Below, piece after piece: positions 1 through 8,056 of a DNA stretch of 38,894 nucleotides. The notes under the pieces are model-generated. The model was not told the DNA's origin. It searched no databases and was given only the letters and a program-made list of their open reading frames with translations. Origin of the DNA: Thermoplasmatales archaeon (GTDB taxonomy: Archaea; Thermoplasmatota; Thermoplasmata; Thermoplasmatales; GCA-001856825); assembly GCA_014874235.1 (NCBI GenBank), contig JACWAC010000001.1, positions 1 through 38,894 on the forward strand, read 5' to 3'. Numbering within the stretch: position 1 is the stretch's first letter; each line of letters begins with the position of its first letter. A program made the translations under genes and the position numbers.

Positions 1-265
1 GAGACAGGAATTAAAAAAAACGCAAATCCATTCATTCTCCTATCCTTCCATCTTCTTCAAGAAATTTTCAGATCTTGCTTGGCTCTAGTCTGCGTAGTTC
101 CTCTTCTACCACTACTTCTATTACTGTTAACAACACGCCCCTCAGTCAAGTTGTATAAATGGAACGGTGACCAGAACATAGGTTAGAGCATTAGATGGTT
201 TGACGGTGAGTAATAGAGAAATCAAGATATAATCTAATGGATTATTCATCTGAGAAAGTGAAGAT

Positions 266-988
266 ATGCGTGGTTCAGAAGTCTTTTATCAAAATGAAGT
301 AGGAGCAAGGAAGAAAGCGATTAACGATTTAGAGGAAGACCTAAAGGATTCTATTGTTGCTGGCTATTTTAAACATTCAGATTTAAATAACCAATTCCAG
401 AGGCACATAAGCAACTGTTCAGTTTTGGGTGACTTTGGCAAAGAAATTCCAAAGCCTAAAAATGTAACCGACAGGCAGTTTGCAGCCGCTACTACGGCAA
501 AGAAGAATTGTCATAGATTTGCTGAGCTGCTTAGGACGACAACTGACAAGGTTAATCTTGATGAAAATCTCGGAGATTTCCTTGAACTCTCATTTAGACA
601 AGATATTCCCAAAGAAATCAAATATTACTTACTAGAGGCAAAGAAGTGTTATTTCTTTGAAGCTTATGATGCGAGTATTGTTATGATAGCTAGAGGTATC
701 GAATTTTCGCTGAAAGAATATCTGAAGAATAATAACAAACCAGTGCCTAGACCAGCCGTAATGTCTAGACTAATTGATGCATATACCGCTTCAGTGGGGA
801 AGAACGATGTTCTAAAATACATAAGCGAGGTGCAAAAAATGGACAGAAACATCGCAGCTCATGACTCGGAAACTGAGAGAAAACGCATAACAAAAGCAGA
901 GGCTGATCACTCTTGGACTGCTATAAGGATAATCTTACGTGATTTGCTTAAAATAGTTCTAAAAGTCAGGGTGGAAAAAGAAGCCTAG
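266..988 (+). CDS. hypothetical protein with a C-terminal DUF4145-like helical domain
   Basis: 240-aa ORF. The C-terminal half (CYFFEAYDASIVMIARGIEFSLKEYL ... VQKMDRNIAAHDSE ... AEADHSW) fits the DUF4145 pattern as I remember it. The sequence is clearly more AT-rich than its neighbours (sampled lines about 33-40% GC). A TATA-like 'agatataatc' lies about 35 nt upstream. Confidence 0.6.
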   Translation: MRGSEVFYQNEVGARKKAINDLEEDLKDSIVAGYFKHSDLNNQFQRHISNCSVLGDFGKEIPKPKNVTDRQFAAATTAKKNCHRFAELLRTTTDKVNLDENLGDFLELSFRQDIPKEIKYYLLEAKKCYFFEAYDASIVMIARGIEFSLKEYLKNNNKPVPRPAVMSRLIDAYTASVGKNDVLKYISEVQKMDRNIAAHDSETERKRITKAEADHSWTAIRIILRDLLKIVLKVRVEKEA

Positions 989-1057
989 AAAGTTTAGGGA
1001 GGATTGAAAGAATGAACGCAGTCAGCACAAATCAAGAGGACTATAGACAAAGATTCA

Positions 1058-1129
1058 TGGACTGGCGGGGATTTGAACCCCGGGCCTCCTCCATGCCAAG
1101 GAGGCGATCTTCCGCTGATCTACCAGCCC
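1058..1129 (-). tRNA. tRNA-Ala (anticodon GGC)
   Basis: The reverse complement folds by hand as GGGCTGG-TA-GATC-AGCGGAA-GATC-G-CCTCC-TTGGCAT-GGAGG-AGGCC-CGGGG-TTCAAAT-CCCCG-CCAGTCC-A. This gives a full cloverleaf with a G3:U70 pair (the Ala identity element) and anticodon GGC. No CCA is encoded. Confidence 0.9.
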
Positions 1130-1146
1130 TCGTCGTTAACTTCGTG

Positions 1147-1193
1147 GACCTATAAATTTATTCCTTATCTCATAGACCATATAAATTTATAGC
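1147..1193. promoter_or_regulatory. two near-identical TATA-containing repeats (GACC-TATAAATTTAT and GACCATATAAATTTAT); likely back-to-back promoters for tRNA-Ala (-) and ctaB (+)
   Basis: Copy 1 (1147-1161) is about 25 nt upstream of the tRNA 5' end at 1129 on the minus strand. Copy 2 (1175-1190) is about 20-30 nt upstream of the ctaB start candidates at 1207 and 1213. Confidence 0.45.
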
Positions 1194-1206
1194 GTCCGTT
1201 GTTGTC

Positions 1207-2115
1207 GTGCTGATGGGAAACTTCGTAAGTGATTTCATCATCATGACGAAGCCAAGAGTCTGGGTTTTCCTCTTGATAACGGGGATTGCTGGAGAAGTTT
1301 TTGCTCTGGGTATTCTAGGGAGTTTAGATCTAATTGGATTTTTCTATGTTGCCCTTTACATCGCCCTCGGGTTGATGGGAGCCGAGTCCTTGTCAAATTA
1401 TTTTGATCTATCCATAGACAAGAAGATGAAGAGGACAATGAACAGGGCACTTCCATCCGGTAAGATGAGTCCTAAGGTTGCCCTCTACGGTGGTTTGATC
1501 TTGATCGTCATCACCCTTATATTAGCAGAGTTCCGTTCATTCTTGTCGTTTGCATTCATGGCTACAGGCATCTTTGACTACACAATCATTTATTCGCTGC
1601 TCACCAAGAAGAAGACTTCTTGGAACATCATACTTGGAGCCTACTCAGGTGGTGCTCCGTTGTTGGCTGGTTTTTATGCTTTCACATCGGCATACAACTT
1701 GGTCTCAATCCTGCTGTTCCTGACAATTTTCATATGGACCCCCCTGCACATCTGGTCGCTATCGATCAAGTACAGGGACGATTATGCCGCTGCTTCAGTT
1801 CCGATGTTACCCGTCAACAGGACAACAAGACAATCGATGGGCATTCTCTTTCCGATCGCTTTACTTGCGGTTGTGGTTACGGTTTTGACTGGATACGCCT
1901 TCAGAGTTTACTTCCCTTTTTATGTCGGACTGATCGTTTTCCTGGTCTACCTTCTTCTTGGCATATCGCTGTTGGTCTCCTACCTTCGAGCCTTGGCACA
2001 ACCAGACAAGCGCATCATGAAACTGTTCGTTTCAACCAACATTTTCATAGGAGTCTTTTTCGTATTTATCGCACTCTTCTCGATACTGATTCCTTTCATC
2101 GGTGTTGCTAAATGA
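1207..2115 (+). CDS. ctaB: protoheme IX farnesyltransferase (heme O synthase), UbiA family
   Basis: Polytopic membrane ORF with N-terminal DFIIMTKPRVWVFLLITGIAG and the UbiA/CtaB Asp-rich motif NYFDLSIDKKMKRTMNRALPSG. The start is ambiguous (GTG 1207 or ATG 1213). Confidence 0.8.
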   Translation: MLMGNFVSDFIIMTKPRVWVFLLITGIAGEVFALGILGSLDLIGFFYVALYIALGLMGAESLSNYFDLSIDKKMKRTMNRALPSGKMSPKVALYGGLILIVITLILAEFRSFLSFAFMATGIFDYTIIYSLLTKKKTSWNIILGAYSGGAPLLAGFYAFTSAYNLVSILLFLTIFIWTPLHIWSLSIKYRDDYAAASVPMLPVNRTTRQSMGILFPIALLAVVVTVLTGYAFRVYFPFYVGLIVFLVYLLLGISLLVSYLRALAQPDKRIMKLFVSTNIFIGVFFVFIALFSILIPFIGVAK

Positions 2116-2810
2116 GGACCTTGCAGTTGTACCTGGAGGATTCCTATCTGAAGGAATTAGATGCAGAGGTCGTTGATGTCAGAGAGGGGGCGATTCTGGA
2201 CAGGACGATTTTCTATGCAGCTTCCGGAGGGCAACCATCGGATTCAGGGACGATGATAGGTGCGGGAACTTACGAAGTCAAGGAAGTGACTAAGCGGGAG
2301 GAAATTATCCATCTGACAGAGCCTCTTCCCTCGGTAGGAGAGAAGGTATTGCTCCAGATAGACTGGGAGAGGAGATACAAGCTTATGCGACAGCACACCT
2401 CCATTCATGTCGTGTCATCAATAGCAATGAAGGAATTTGGAGCGATGATCACAGGGAATCAGATTTATCCCGATTACTCGAGGATAGATTTCAATTTCAG
2501 GGACTGGAACAACAATATCTCGCATTCCCTCCAGGCAAGGGTGAACGAGGAACTCAGGAAGAATCAGGAGGTCTCTGTCATCAAGATGAAAAGGGAAGAG
2601 ATACTGGGGATGCAGGGGGCACTTAAGGTAGACCCGAGACTTCTACCCACTTCGGACATGCTGAGGGTCGTGAAGATTGGTGATGTCGATATGCAGCCGG
2701 ATGGCGGGACCCACGTCAAGAACACTTCTGAAATAGGAGAAATAGAAATTTACAAGATAGAAAACAAGGGGAAGAACAACAAGCGGATGTACTTCTCCGT
2801 TCACAGGTGA
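2112..2810 (+). CDS. alaX: AlaX-type alanyl-tRNA editing protein (tRNA_SAD domain)
   Basis: 232 aa with the HTSIHVV (HxxxH) motif and a GGTHV motif, and the N-terminal 'FYAASGGQPSDSG' seen in AlaRS/AlaX. It overlaps the ctaB stop by ATGA (2112-2115). Confidence 0.8.
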   Translation: MRTLQLYLEDSYLKELDAEVVDVREGAILDRTIFYAASGGQPSDSGTMIGAGTYEVKEVTKREEIIHLTEPLPSVGEKVLLQIDWERRYKLMRQHTSIHVVSSIAMKEFGAMITGNQIYPDYSRIDFNFRDWNNNISHSLQARVNEELRKNQEVSVIKMKREEILGMQGALKVDPRLLPTSDMLRVVKIGDVDMQPDGGTHVKNTSEIGEIEIYKIENKGKNNKRMYFSVHR

Positions 2811-3904
2811 AACTGTGAGAAGAATCCCTTTTCGTTCTTGAACTGCTCCAGTAGCTCCCTCTGTTTCTTGGATATCTTCTTGGGCAATGACACCTTTGTC
2901 TTCAGTATCAGGTCCGCATTCCCTCTGCCGGTCTTCTTCTGGATTCCTTCACCCTTAAGCACTATTCTCTCTTCCGGTTGCGTGCCGGAAGGAATGTCTA
3001 TTTCTCTCTCTCCCCTCAGCAGGGGAACCTTGATCTTCCCTCCAATGATAGCGTCGGTAAAATCTACCTGTATCTCCTTTTCAAGATCGTCGCCCTCTCT
3101 CGTGAATTCCATGTAATCGATATCGAACTTTATCCTCAGATCACCGGATCCACCGGGCCTGAAATTTCCCTTGTCCCTGAGTATGTATACCTCTTCTTCG
3201 TGTATGCCGGGTGGCGGTGATATCTCTATCCTGTCTTTCTTCCTTGTGTAACCCGATCCCGAACACACGTGACAAGTCTTCTCAGGTATTTTCCCCCTTC
3301 CATTACAGGTCCTGCAGACCTCTGTGGTCCTAAACATTATGAAGCCCTGGTTCGTGGATCTTTCGACATACCCTCTGCCCCTGCACGTCTGGCAGGTCTG
3401 TAGCTTCTTGGTGGCCGAGCCTGTGCCGTTGCATTCCTCACACTTCATCTCCCTGAAGTAGTAGACCTCTATCTTCTCGTTTCTCGCTATTCTCCTGATA
3501 TCGAGGGGTATTTCCACGAACGTGTCGGACCCCCTCGTCTCTCTTTGCTGTGTCTGGAATCCGCCGAAGGGGTTTCCAAATCCTCCTCCCCCGAATCCGA
3601 ACTGGGAAAATATGTCCCCGAATATGTCCTGAATGTCCTGGTAGTGGTGGAACTGATTCCAGTCAAATCCTCCCTGAAATTTCACCCCTTCCTCTCCGTA
3701 CTGATCGAACCTCGCCCTCTTCTGGTCGTCCATGAGCACTTCGTACGCTTCGCTGATGTCCTTGAATTTCTCCTCCGCTTCCTTCTTGTTCTGGGGGTTG
3801 AGATCGGGATGGTACTTTTTTGCCAGGTCCCTGTAAGACTTCTTTATCTGATCCTTTGATGCCTTCTTGTCCACGCCCAGAACTGAGTAATAATCCTTTC
3901 CCAT
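2801..3904 (-). CDS. dnaJ: molecular chaperone DnaJ
   Basis: J-domain (DYYSVLGV ... YHPD), a G/F-rich linker and four CxxCxGxG repeats (CEECNGTG, CQTCRGRG, CRTCNGRG, CHVCSGSG). Confidence 0.95.
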   Translation of the reverse strand: MGKDYYSVLGVDKKASKDQIKKSYRDLAKKYHPDLNPQNKKEAEEKFKDISEAYEVLMDDQKRARFDQYGEEGVKFQGGFDWNQFHHYQDIQDIFGDIFSQFGFGGGGFGNPFGGFQTQQRETRGSDTFVEIPLDIRRIARNEKIEVYYFREMKCEECNGTGSATKKLQTCQTCRGRGYVERSTNQGFIMFRTTEVCRTCNGRGKIPEKTCHVCSGSGYTRKKDRIEISPPPGIHEEEVYILRDKGNFRPGGSGDLRIKFDIDYMEFTREGDDLEKEIQVDFTDAIIGGKIKVPLLRGEREIDIPSGTQPEERIVLKGEGIQKKTGRGNADLILKTKVSLPKKISKKQRELLEQFKNEKGFFSQFHL

Positions 3905-3917
3905 TCAAATCAGAAGT

Positions 3918-5777
3918 TCATTGTTCTTTATTCTCTTTTTCTTCGTGAATTTCCGTCTCTCCTGGACTAGTTCCTGATGACGTATCGTTCGTTTCCTGAG
4001 CCTGAGGCTGTTCCTCGCTCTTGACGTTCTTGTACATGTGCTCTCCGATTTTCTGGATCTCCTTTGTCAGTATTTCCATCTTCTCCTTTATCGCAGACAG
4101 GTCTTTCTTCTGGATTTCGTCCTTGAGGTCCTTCAGCTTACCATTGACGTCGTCCTTTATCTCCTGTGGAATCTTGTCACCGTAATCGCTGAGGGTTTTT
4201 TCAGTGGAGTAGGCAAGGTTTTCTGCACCGTTGATCGTTTCTATCTCTTCTTTCTTTTTCTTGTCTTCCTCTTCATACTTCTTTGCTTCCTCTTTCATCC
4301 TGTTTATCTCTTCCTTGCTCAACTTTGTGCTCGACGTTATGGTTATGCCGCGCTGCTTGTTGGTTGCCATATCCTTTGCGTTTACGTTCAGTATTCCATT
4401 GGAATCTATGTCGAATGTGACTTCTATCTGTGGCATTCCCCTTGGTGCTGGAGGTATGCCATCGAGCATGAACCTTCCGAGCGATGTGTTGTCTCTAGCC
4501 ATTGGTCTTTCACCCTGGACTATTATAATCTCCACCGCAGTCTGATTGTCGGCCGCAGTTGAGAAGACCTGTGATTTCTTGGTGGGTATTGTAGTGTTAG
4601 CCGTTATCAGAGGAGTGGAAACACCTCCCAGCGTTTCAATGCTCAGAGTAAGAGGAGTCACATCCAGCAGCACTATTCCTTTAACCTCCCCCGCTAGGAC
4701 AGCGCCCTGTATGGATGCACCAATAGCGACACACTCCATCGGGTCGACGCCGCTCTCGACTTTCTTACCCATTATGTCTTCTACGAACTTCCTGACTATA
4801 GGCATCCTGGTTGGACCACCAACTAGAATCACCTTGCTTATGTCAGATGAAGCGAGCTTCGCACCCTTGAGGGCTTCATCGATCGGTCTTCGCGCCCTCT
4901 CGATTGTTGGCCTGACCAGATTCTCCAGATCTGCCCTCGTCATGGATATCTGAAGATGCTTTGGTCCATCAGCCGTACTCGTTATGTATGGAAGGTTGAC
5001 CTCCGTTGATAGTGACGATGACAGTTCAATCTTGGCCTTTTCAGCTGCATCCTTAAGTCTTATGTATGAGTTCTTGTCTTTCCTGAGATCAATTCCGTTC
5101 TCCTGCTGGAATTTTGATGCGAGATGATTGATAATCGCCTCGTCCATGTCGGTTCCACCAAGTTTGGTGTCCCCAGAAGTGGAGAGCACTTCGTACACAC
5201 CAGAGCTGAATTCCATTATAGTGACGTCTAGCGTACCGCCTCCCAGGTCGAACACCATTATTCTGTGTTCTCCTTCCGTCTTATCCAACCCATATGCTAG
5301 TGCAGCTGCAGTAGGCTCGTTGATTATTCTAACAACGTCGAGCCCGGCTATTGCCCCTGCATCTTTTGTTGCCTGCCTCTGATTATCGTTGAAATATGCT
5401 GGCACAGTGATGACCGCCTTGGATATCTTCTCTCCAAGATATTTCTCCGCATCGTCCTTTATTTTTTGAAGCAGAAAACCTGACAGCTGCTGAGGTGTGT
5501 ACTCCTTGCCTCTTGCCTTAAACTTGAAGCTCTCACCCATCCTCCTCTTGAATGCATAGACTGTCCCTTCTGGATTCGTGAGTGCCTGTCTTCTTGCAGG
5601 CTCTCCTATCAGAAGTTCTCCGGTCTTTGTAAAGGCAACATAACTCGGAAATGCCTTCCCTCCAATAGTTGTTCCCTCCGAACTCGGTAGAACCACCGGT
5701 TTACCCGCTATCATTACTGCCGCCTGTGAATTGCTCGTTCCTAAATCTATACCTAAAATTTTCTCCATTTTACTCAC
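3918..5777 (-). CDS. dnaK: molecular chaperone DnaK (Hsp70)
   Basis: Hsp70 signatures [34 protein letters not shown] and [11 protein letters not shown]. 619 aa. Confidence 0.97.
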   Translation of the reverse strand: MSKMEKILGIDLGTSNSQAAVMIAGKPVVLPSSEGTTIGGKAFPSYVAFTKTGELLIGEPARRQALTNPEGTVYAFKRRMGESFKFKARGKEYTPQQLSGFLLQKIKDDAEKYLGEKISKAVITVPAYFNDNQRQATKDAGAIAGLDVVRIINEPTAAALAYGLDKTEGEHRIMVFDLGGGTLDVTIMEFSSGVYEVLSTSGDTKLGGTDMDEAIINHLASKFQQENGIDLRKDKNSYIRLKDAAEKAKIELSSSLSTEVNLPYITSTADGPKHLQISMTRADLENLVRPTIERARRPIDEALKGAKLASSDISKVILVGGPTRMPIVRKFVEDIMGKKVESGVDPMECVAIGASIQGAVLAGEVKGIVLLDVTPLTLSIETLGGVSTPLITANTTIPTKKSQVFSTAADNQTAVEIIIVQGERPMARDNTSLGRFMLDGIPPAPRGMPQIEVTFDIDSNGILNVNAKDMATNKQRGITITSSTKLSKEEINRMKEEAKKYEEEDKKKKEEIETINGAENLAYSTEKTLSDYGDKIPQEIKDDVNGKLKDLKDEIQKKDLSAIKEKMEILTKEIQKIGEHMYKNVKSEEQPQAQETNDTSSGTSPGETEIHEEKENKEQ

Positions 5778-6252
5778 CTTTGTTGAGAATTACTAATTCT
5801 GGCCTGATTACTCTGTCTCCAATCGCGTACCCCTTCCTTACGATCTTTTTGATGGTATTTGCCTCTCCACCATCTTCGACCCCAATCGCTTCCTGTCTGT
5901 TGGGATCAAACCTGGTACTGTCGTCTATCGCCATCAGTCCTTCCTTCTGCAGTATTCCGTCTATCTGCCTCTTGATGGCCAAAGAACCTTCGTCCCTGAC
6001 ATTGTCCAGGGTGTCTAGTACTGGTAGAAGCTCCTTGATGATTCTTTCGGATGCATAACCCGCAAGTCTGAGAGATTCCTCTCCAGCTCTCTTTTGGAAG
6101 TTATCAAGATCAGCTGAGAATCTAAGATTTTGCTCCCTAAGTTCCTTTATTGTCTGTTCCTTGAGGCTGTTGTTCTCTTCCAGGATTCTCACCTTCTCGG
6201 TACATTCCGAGAGTGATTGCTTAAGAGACCGATAATGGGAGACAGTTGGCAC
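5770..6252 (-). CDS. grpE: nucleotide exchange factor GrpE
   Basis: 160 aa with a coiled-coil N-terminus and a GrpE-like C-terminus ([10 protein letters not shown] ... KGY ... RVIRPELV). It overlaps dnaK by 8 nt at the head of the grpE-dnaK-dnaJ operon. GTG start. Confidence 0.85.
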   Translation of the reverse strand: MPTVSHYRSLKQSLSECTEKVRILEENNSLKEQTIKELREQNLRFSADLDNFQKRAGEESLRLAGYASERIIKELLPVLDTLDNVRDEGSLAIKRQIDGILQKEGLMAIDDSTRFDPNRQEAIGVEDGGEANTIKKIVRKGYAIGDRVIRPELVILNKGE

Positions 6253-6302
6253 TTTCCCTAATTTTGCACTTCTATAAATATGTTATCATCCAATGGTTCA
6301 CT

Positions 6303-6344
6303 ACCTAACCTTTGTTGGATTAGGTTCTGATGAGACGTATCAGA
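6303..6344 (-). terminator. two adjacent hairpins immediately downstream of the 6345-6899 gene and upstream of the grpE TATA
   Basis: ACCTAACC-tttgtt-GGaTTAGGT (6303-6325) and TCTGAT-gagacgt-ATCAGA (6326-6344). The grpE TATA-like box 'tctataaata' (6271-6280, read on the minus strand) follows. Confidence 0.3.
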
Positions 6345-6899
6345 TCAGGTCTTGTTCTTGGGGTGATTCCCGCCTTGTCTCCTGATCGACATTTTTTCCG
6401 TTGTTATCCAACTCTTTCCCGAGTCCGTGCTACTCTCCGATCTCCACTTGAATGAGTTTTCGCTCAGATCGTAGTATACCCATCTAAGAAGCTTTCTGTT
6501 TGTTTCCTTTGACTCCAGGACAATCGTCTTCCCCCTCTTCTTTCCAACGAAACCCCTTATGGTTTCCTGGCTCGGGGAAAACCACACGCTGTTCCAGATG
6601 TCCAGCTCCGAATCGTAGACGTGTATCGTTGTCCCCCCCGTGTCATCTATTCCATCGCTTACCGATCTCCAGACGTCCTGCAGTGCCGTTCCCTCAAGTA
6701 TCCATCCGGAATGCATTTCTCCCTTGGAGCTCATCCAGGTGCCATCCTCTTGCAGGCTCCTTGCATCGACTATATCCCAGTCTCCAACGAACCGTCCCAA
6801 CTGCATCAGTTTGTTCTTCAGAGGCTTGAAGGGACCGCTTGCGGTGAGGTGTTTTATTTGGGGAGCACCATTATCCCCTATTTTTCTTGTGCCATGCAT
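6345..6899 (-). CDS. hypothetical protein (beta-rich, possibly a DUF1579/lipocalin-like fold)
   Basis: 184-aa ORF with Trp/Gly-rich beta-strand-like segments (GDWDIVDARSLQEDGTWMSSKGEMHSGWILEG ... FKWRSESSTDSGKSWITTEKMSIRR). The family assignment is only a resemblance. Confidence 0.5.
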   Translation of the reverse strand: MHGTRKIGDNGAPQIKHLTASGPFKPLKNKLMQLGRFVGDWDIVDARSLQEDGTWMSSKGEMHSGWILEGTALQDVWRSVSDGIDDTGGTTIHVYDSELDIWNSVWFSPSQETIRGFVGKKRGKTIVLESKETNRKLLRWVYYDLSENSFKWRSESSTDSGKSWITTEKMSIRRQGGNHPKNKT

Positions 6900-6940
6900 T
6901 GTATTCTCTACCGAAATCCTTCTATTTCAATATCTTGGTA

Positions 6941-6960
6941 CGACTCTGGAAACAGAGTCG
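6941..6960. repeat. perfect 8-4-8 palindrome CGACTCTG-GAAA-CAGAGTCG in a divergent intergenic region
   Basis: Read directly from the sequence. It lies between the starts of the 6345-6899 (-) and 7077-7970 (+) genes. Confidence 0.4.
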
Positions 6961-7076
6961 CAAGAGGAGATGCAAAATTTGTTCTGCCACCGGTGAGATA
7001 GCAACCTTTCATGGAAAATCATATATTGTGAACTCGATAACAGTCCTCAATAAATTGATGGAGAAATGAATCGTAG

Positions 7077-7970
7077 ATGAATGAAAAACGAGAGTTTCCT
7101 GCTGCTCAACTTACAAGCCTGGTGTTGTTTGTACTGTCATCAGTCTTCGCCGTATATCTGGCAGATATCGCTCTGCAGGTGAGTCCTTCATCTTCTGCGA
7201 ACAGCCCAACTTCTGGATTTGGATATGTGGCATATTACCTGGTTGCAGCAGTGGTGTTTTCCTTCCTGTTGATCTATCTTTCTAAGAGGTACAAACTGAA
7301 TTTCCTGAAGTGGCTCTTTGTGGCGGTGATAGGTCTGGTCGTGTTCATGGTGTGGAACTATCTGGGCCTTGTTATCGCCAATACTTACGCCGAGTACTAT
7401 GCCATCATTATAGCAGCTCCCGTCGTAATGGTCCTTGCTATGATATTCTTGAACAGGTGGTACGTGGTGAACGTGGCTGGTTTTTTCCTGACTTCGGGAA
7501 TAGCCTTCCTCCTGGGTCTCGTTTTGGGAATATGGGCAGCTGCTGCATTTCTGGCCATCTTTGCGATCTATGATTACATTTCCGTCTACAAGACAAAGCA
7601 CATGATAGGGCTTGCCAAGATTGCAATAGACAGGGACCTGCCTATGCTGTTCGTTTTTCCAACTGATTTCAGGAAAAAATTAGTGAAAATAGAAATGACA
7701 GACGAAGGAATTGCTGAGCACAGTGCGATGGCCCTGGGTTTTGGGGATGTCGCTTTCCCGGGAATAATGGTGGTTGCTTCTGCAATATACGGGATCAAGA
7801 TTGGACACTTCTATCCCTTTTTCATACTGCCGTTGATAGGAGGGATCGTGGGAATGATTTTCCTGGTGCTCGGCAACGTCAAGAAACCGGCGCCTGGTCT
7901 ACCCTTCCTGAACACTGGAGTAATTGCGGGAACGCTTCTGTCTTACCTGATTTTCGTAGTTATATTGTGA
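7077..7970 (+). CDS. presenilin / signal-peptide-peptidase-type intramembrane aspartyl protease (A22 family homologue)
   Basis: Polytopic membrane ORF with the YD motif (IFAIYDYISVY), the GxGD motif (ALGFGDVAFPG) and a PAL-like motif (KKPAPGLPFLNTG) in the canonical order. Confidence 0.7.
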   Translation: MNEKREFPAAQLTSLVLFVLSSVFAVYLADIALQVSPSSSANSPTSGFGYVAYYLVAAVVFSFLLIYLSKRYKLNFLKWLFVAVIGLVVFMVWNYLGLVIANTYAEYYAIIIAAPVVMVLAMIFLNRWYVVNVAGFFLTSGIAFLLGLVLGIWAAAAFLAIFAIYDYISVYKTKHMIGLAKIAIDRDLPMLFVFPTDFRKKLVKIEMTDEGIAEHSAMALGFGDVAFPGIMVVASAIYGIKIGHFYPFFILPLIGGIVGMIFLVLGNVKKPAPGLPFLNTGVIAGTLLSYLIFVVIL

Positions 7971-8056
7971 TCTCTGGCCACACGTTTCGAATTAGAACTT
8001 CGGAGCAACCTGTGTTGAACAGACTTCCTCTGGTCAGGCCGTCTCTAGAATGTCGT

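Noticed and set aside
1-35. Possible 5' end of a minus-strand gene (MNGFAFFLIPV...) leaving the window
   Set aside because: Only 11 codons are visible, which is too little to support a call.
1013-1126. 37-aa ORF preceded by GGGAGG, running antisense through tRNA-Ala
   Set aside because: It overlaps a confidently folded tRNA on the opposite strand. Its translation (Arg/Ser-rich) simply reflects the tRNA sequence.
1620-2111. 163-aa ORF in an alternative plus-strand frame inside ctaB
   Set aside because: The ctaB frame carries the UbiA-family motifs and coherent TM helices. The alternative frame is Arg/Cys/His-rich and has no features.
4038-4953. Several long ORFs (104-174 aa) antisense to dnaK
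   Set aside because: They lie entirely within an unmistakable Hsp70 gene. Their translations are low-complexity (Leu/Ser/Phe-rich), which is typical of the antisense frame of a Glu/Lys-rich gene.
6887-7069. 60-aa ORF filling the divergent intergenic region upstream of the presenilin homologue
   Set aside because: It overlaps the start of the minus-strand gene and covers the palindrome and AT-rich promoter sequence. It has no motif and is barely above the track cutoff.
6900-7076. Possible C/D-box sRNA in the 177-nt intergenic region (TGATGG/GATGAA-like strings near 7055-7080)
   Set aside because: I found no properly spaced C (RUGAUGA) and D (CUGA) box pair with terminal stem. The strings overlap the start region of the downstream gene.
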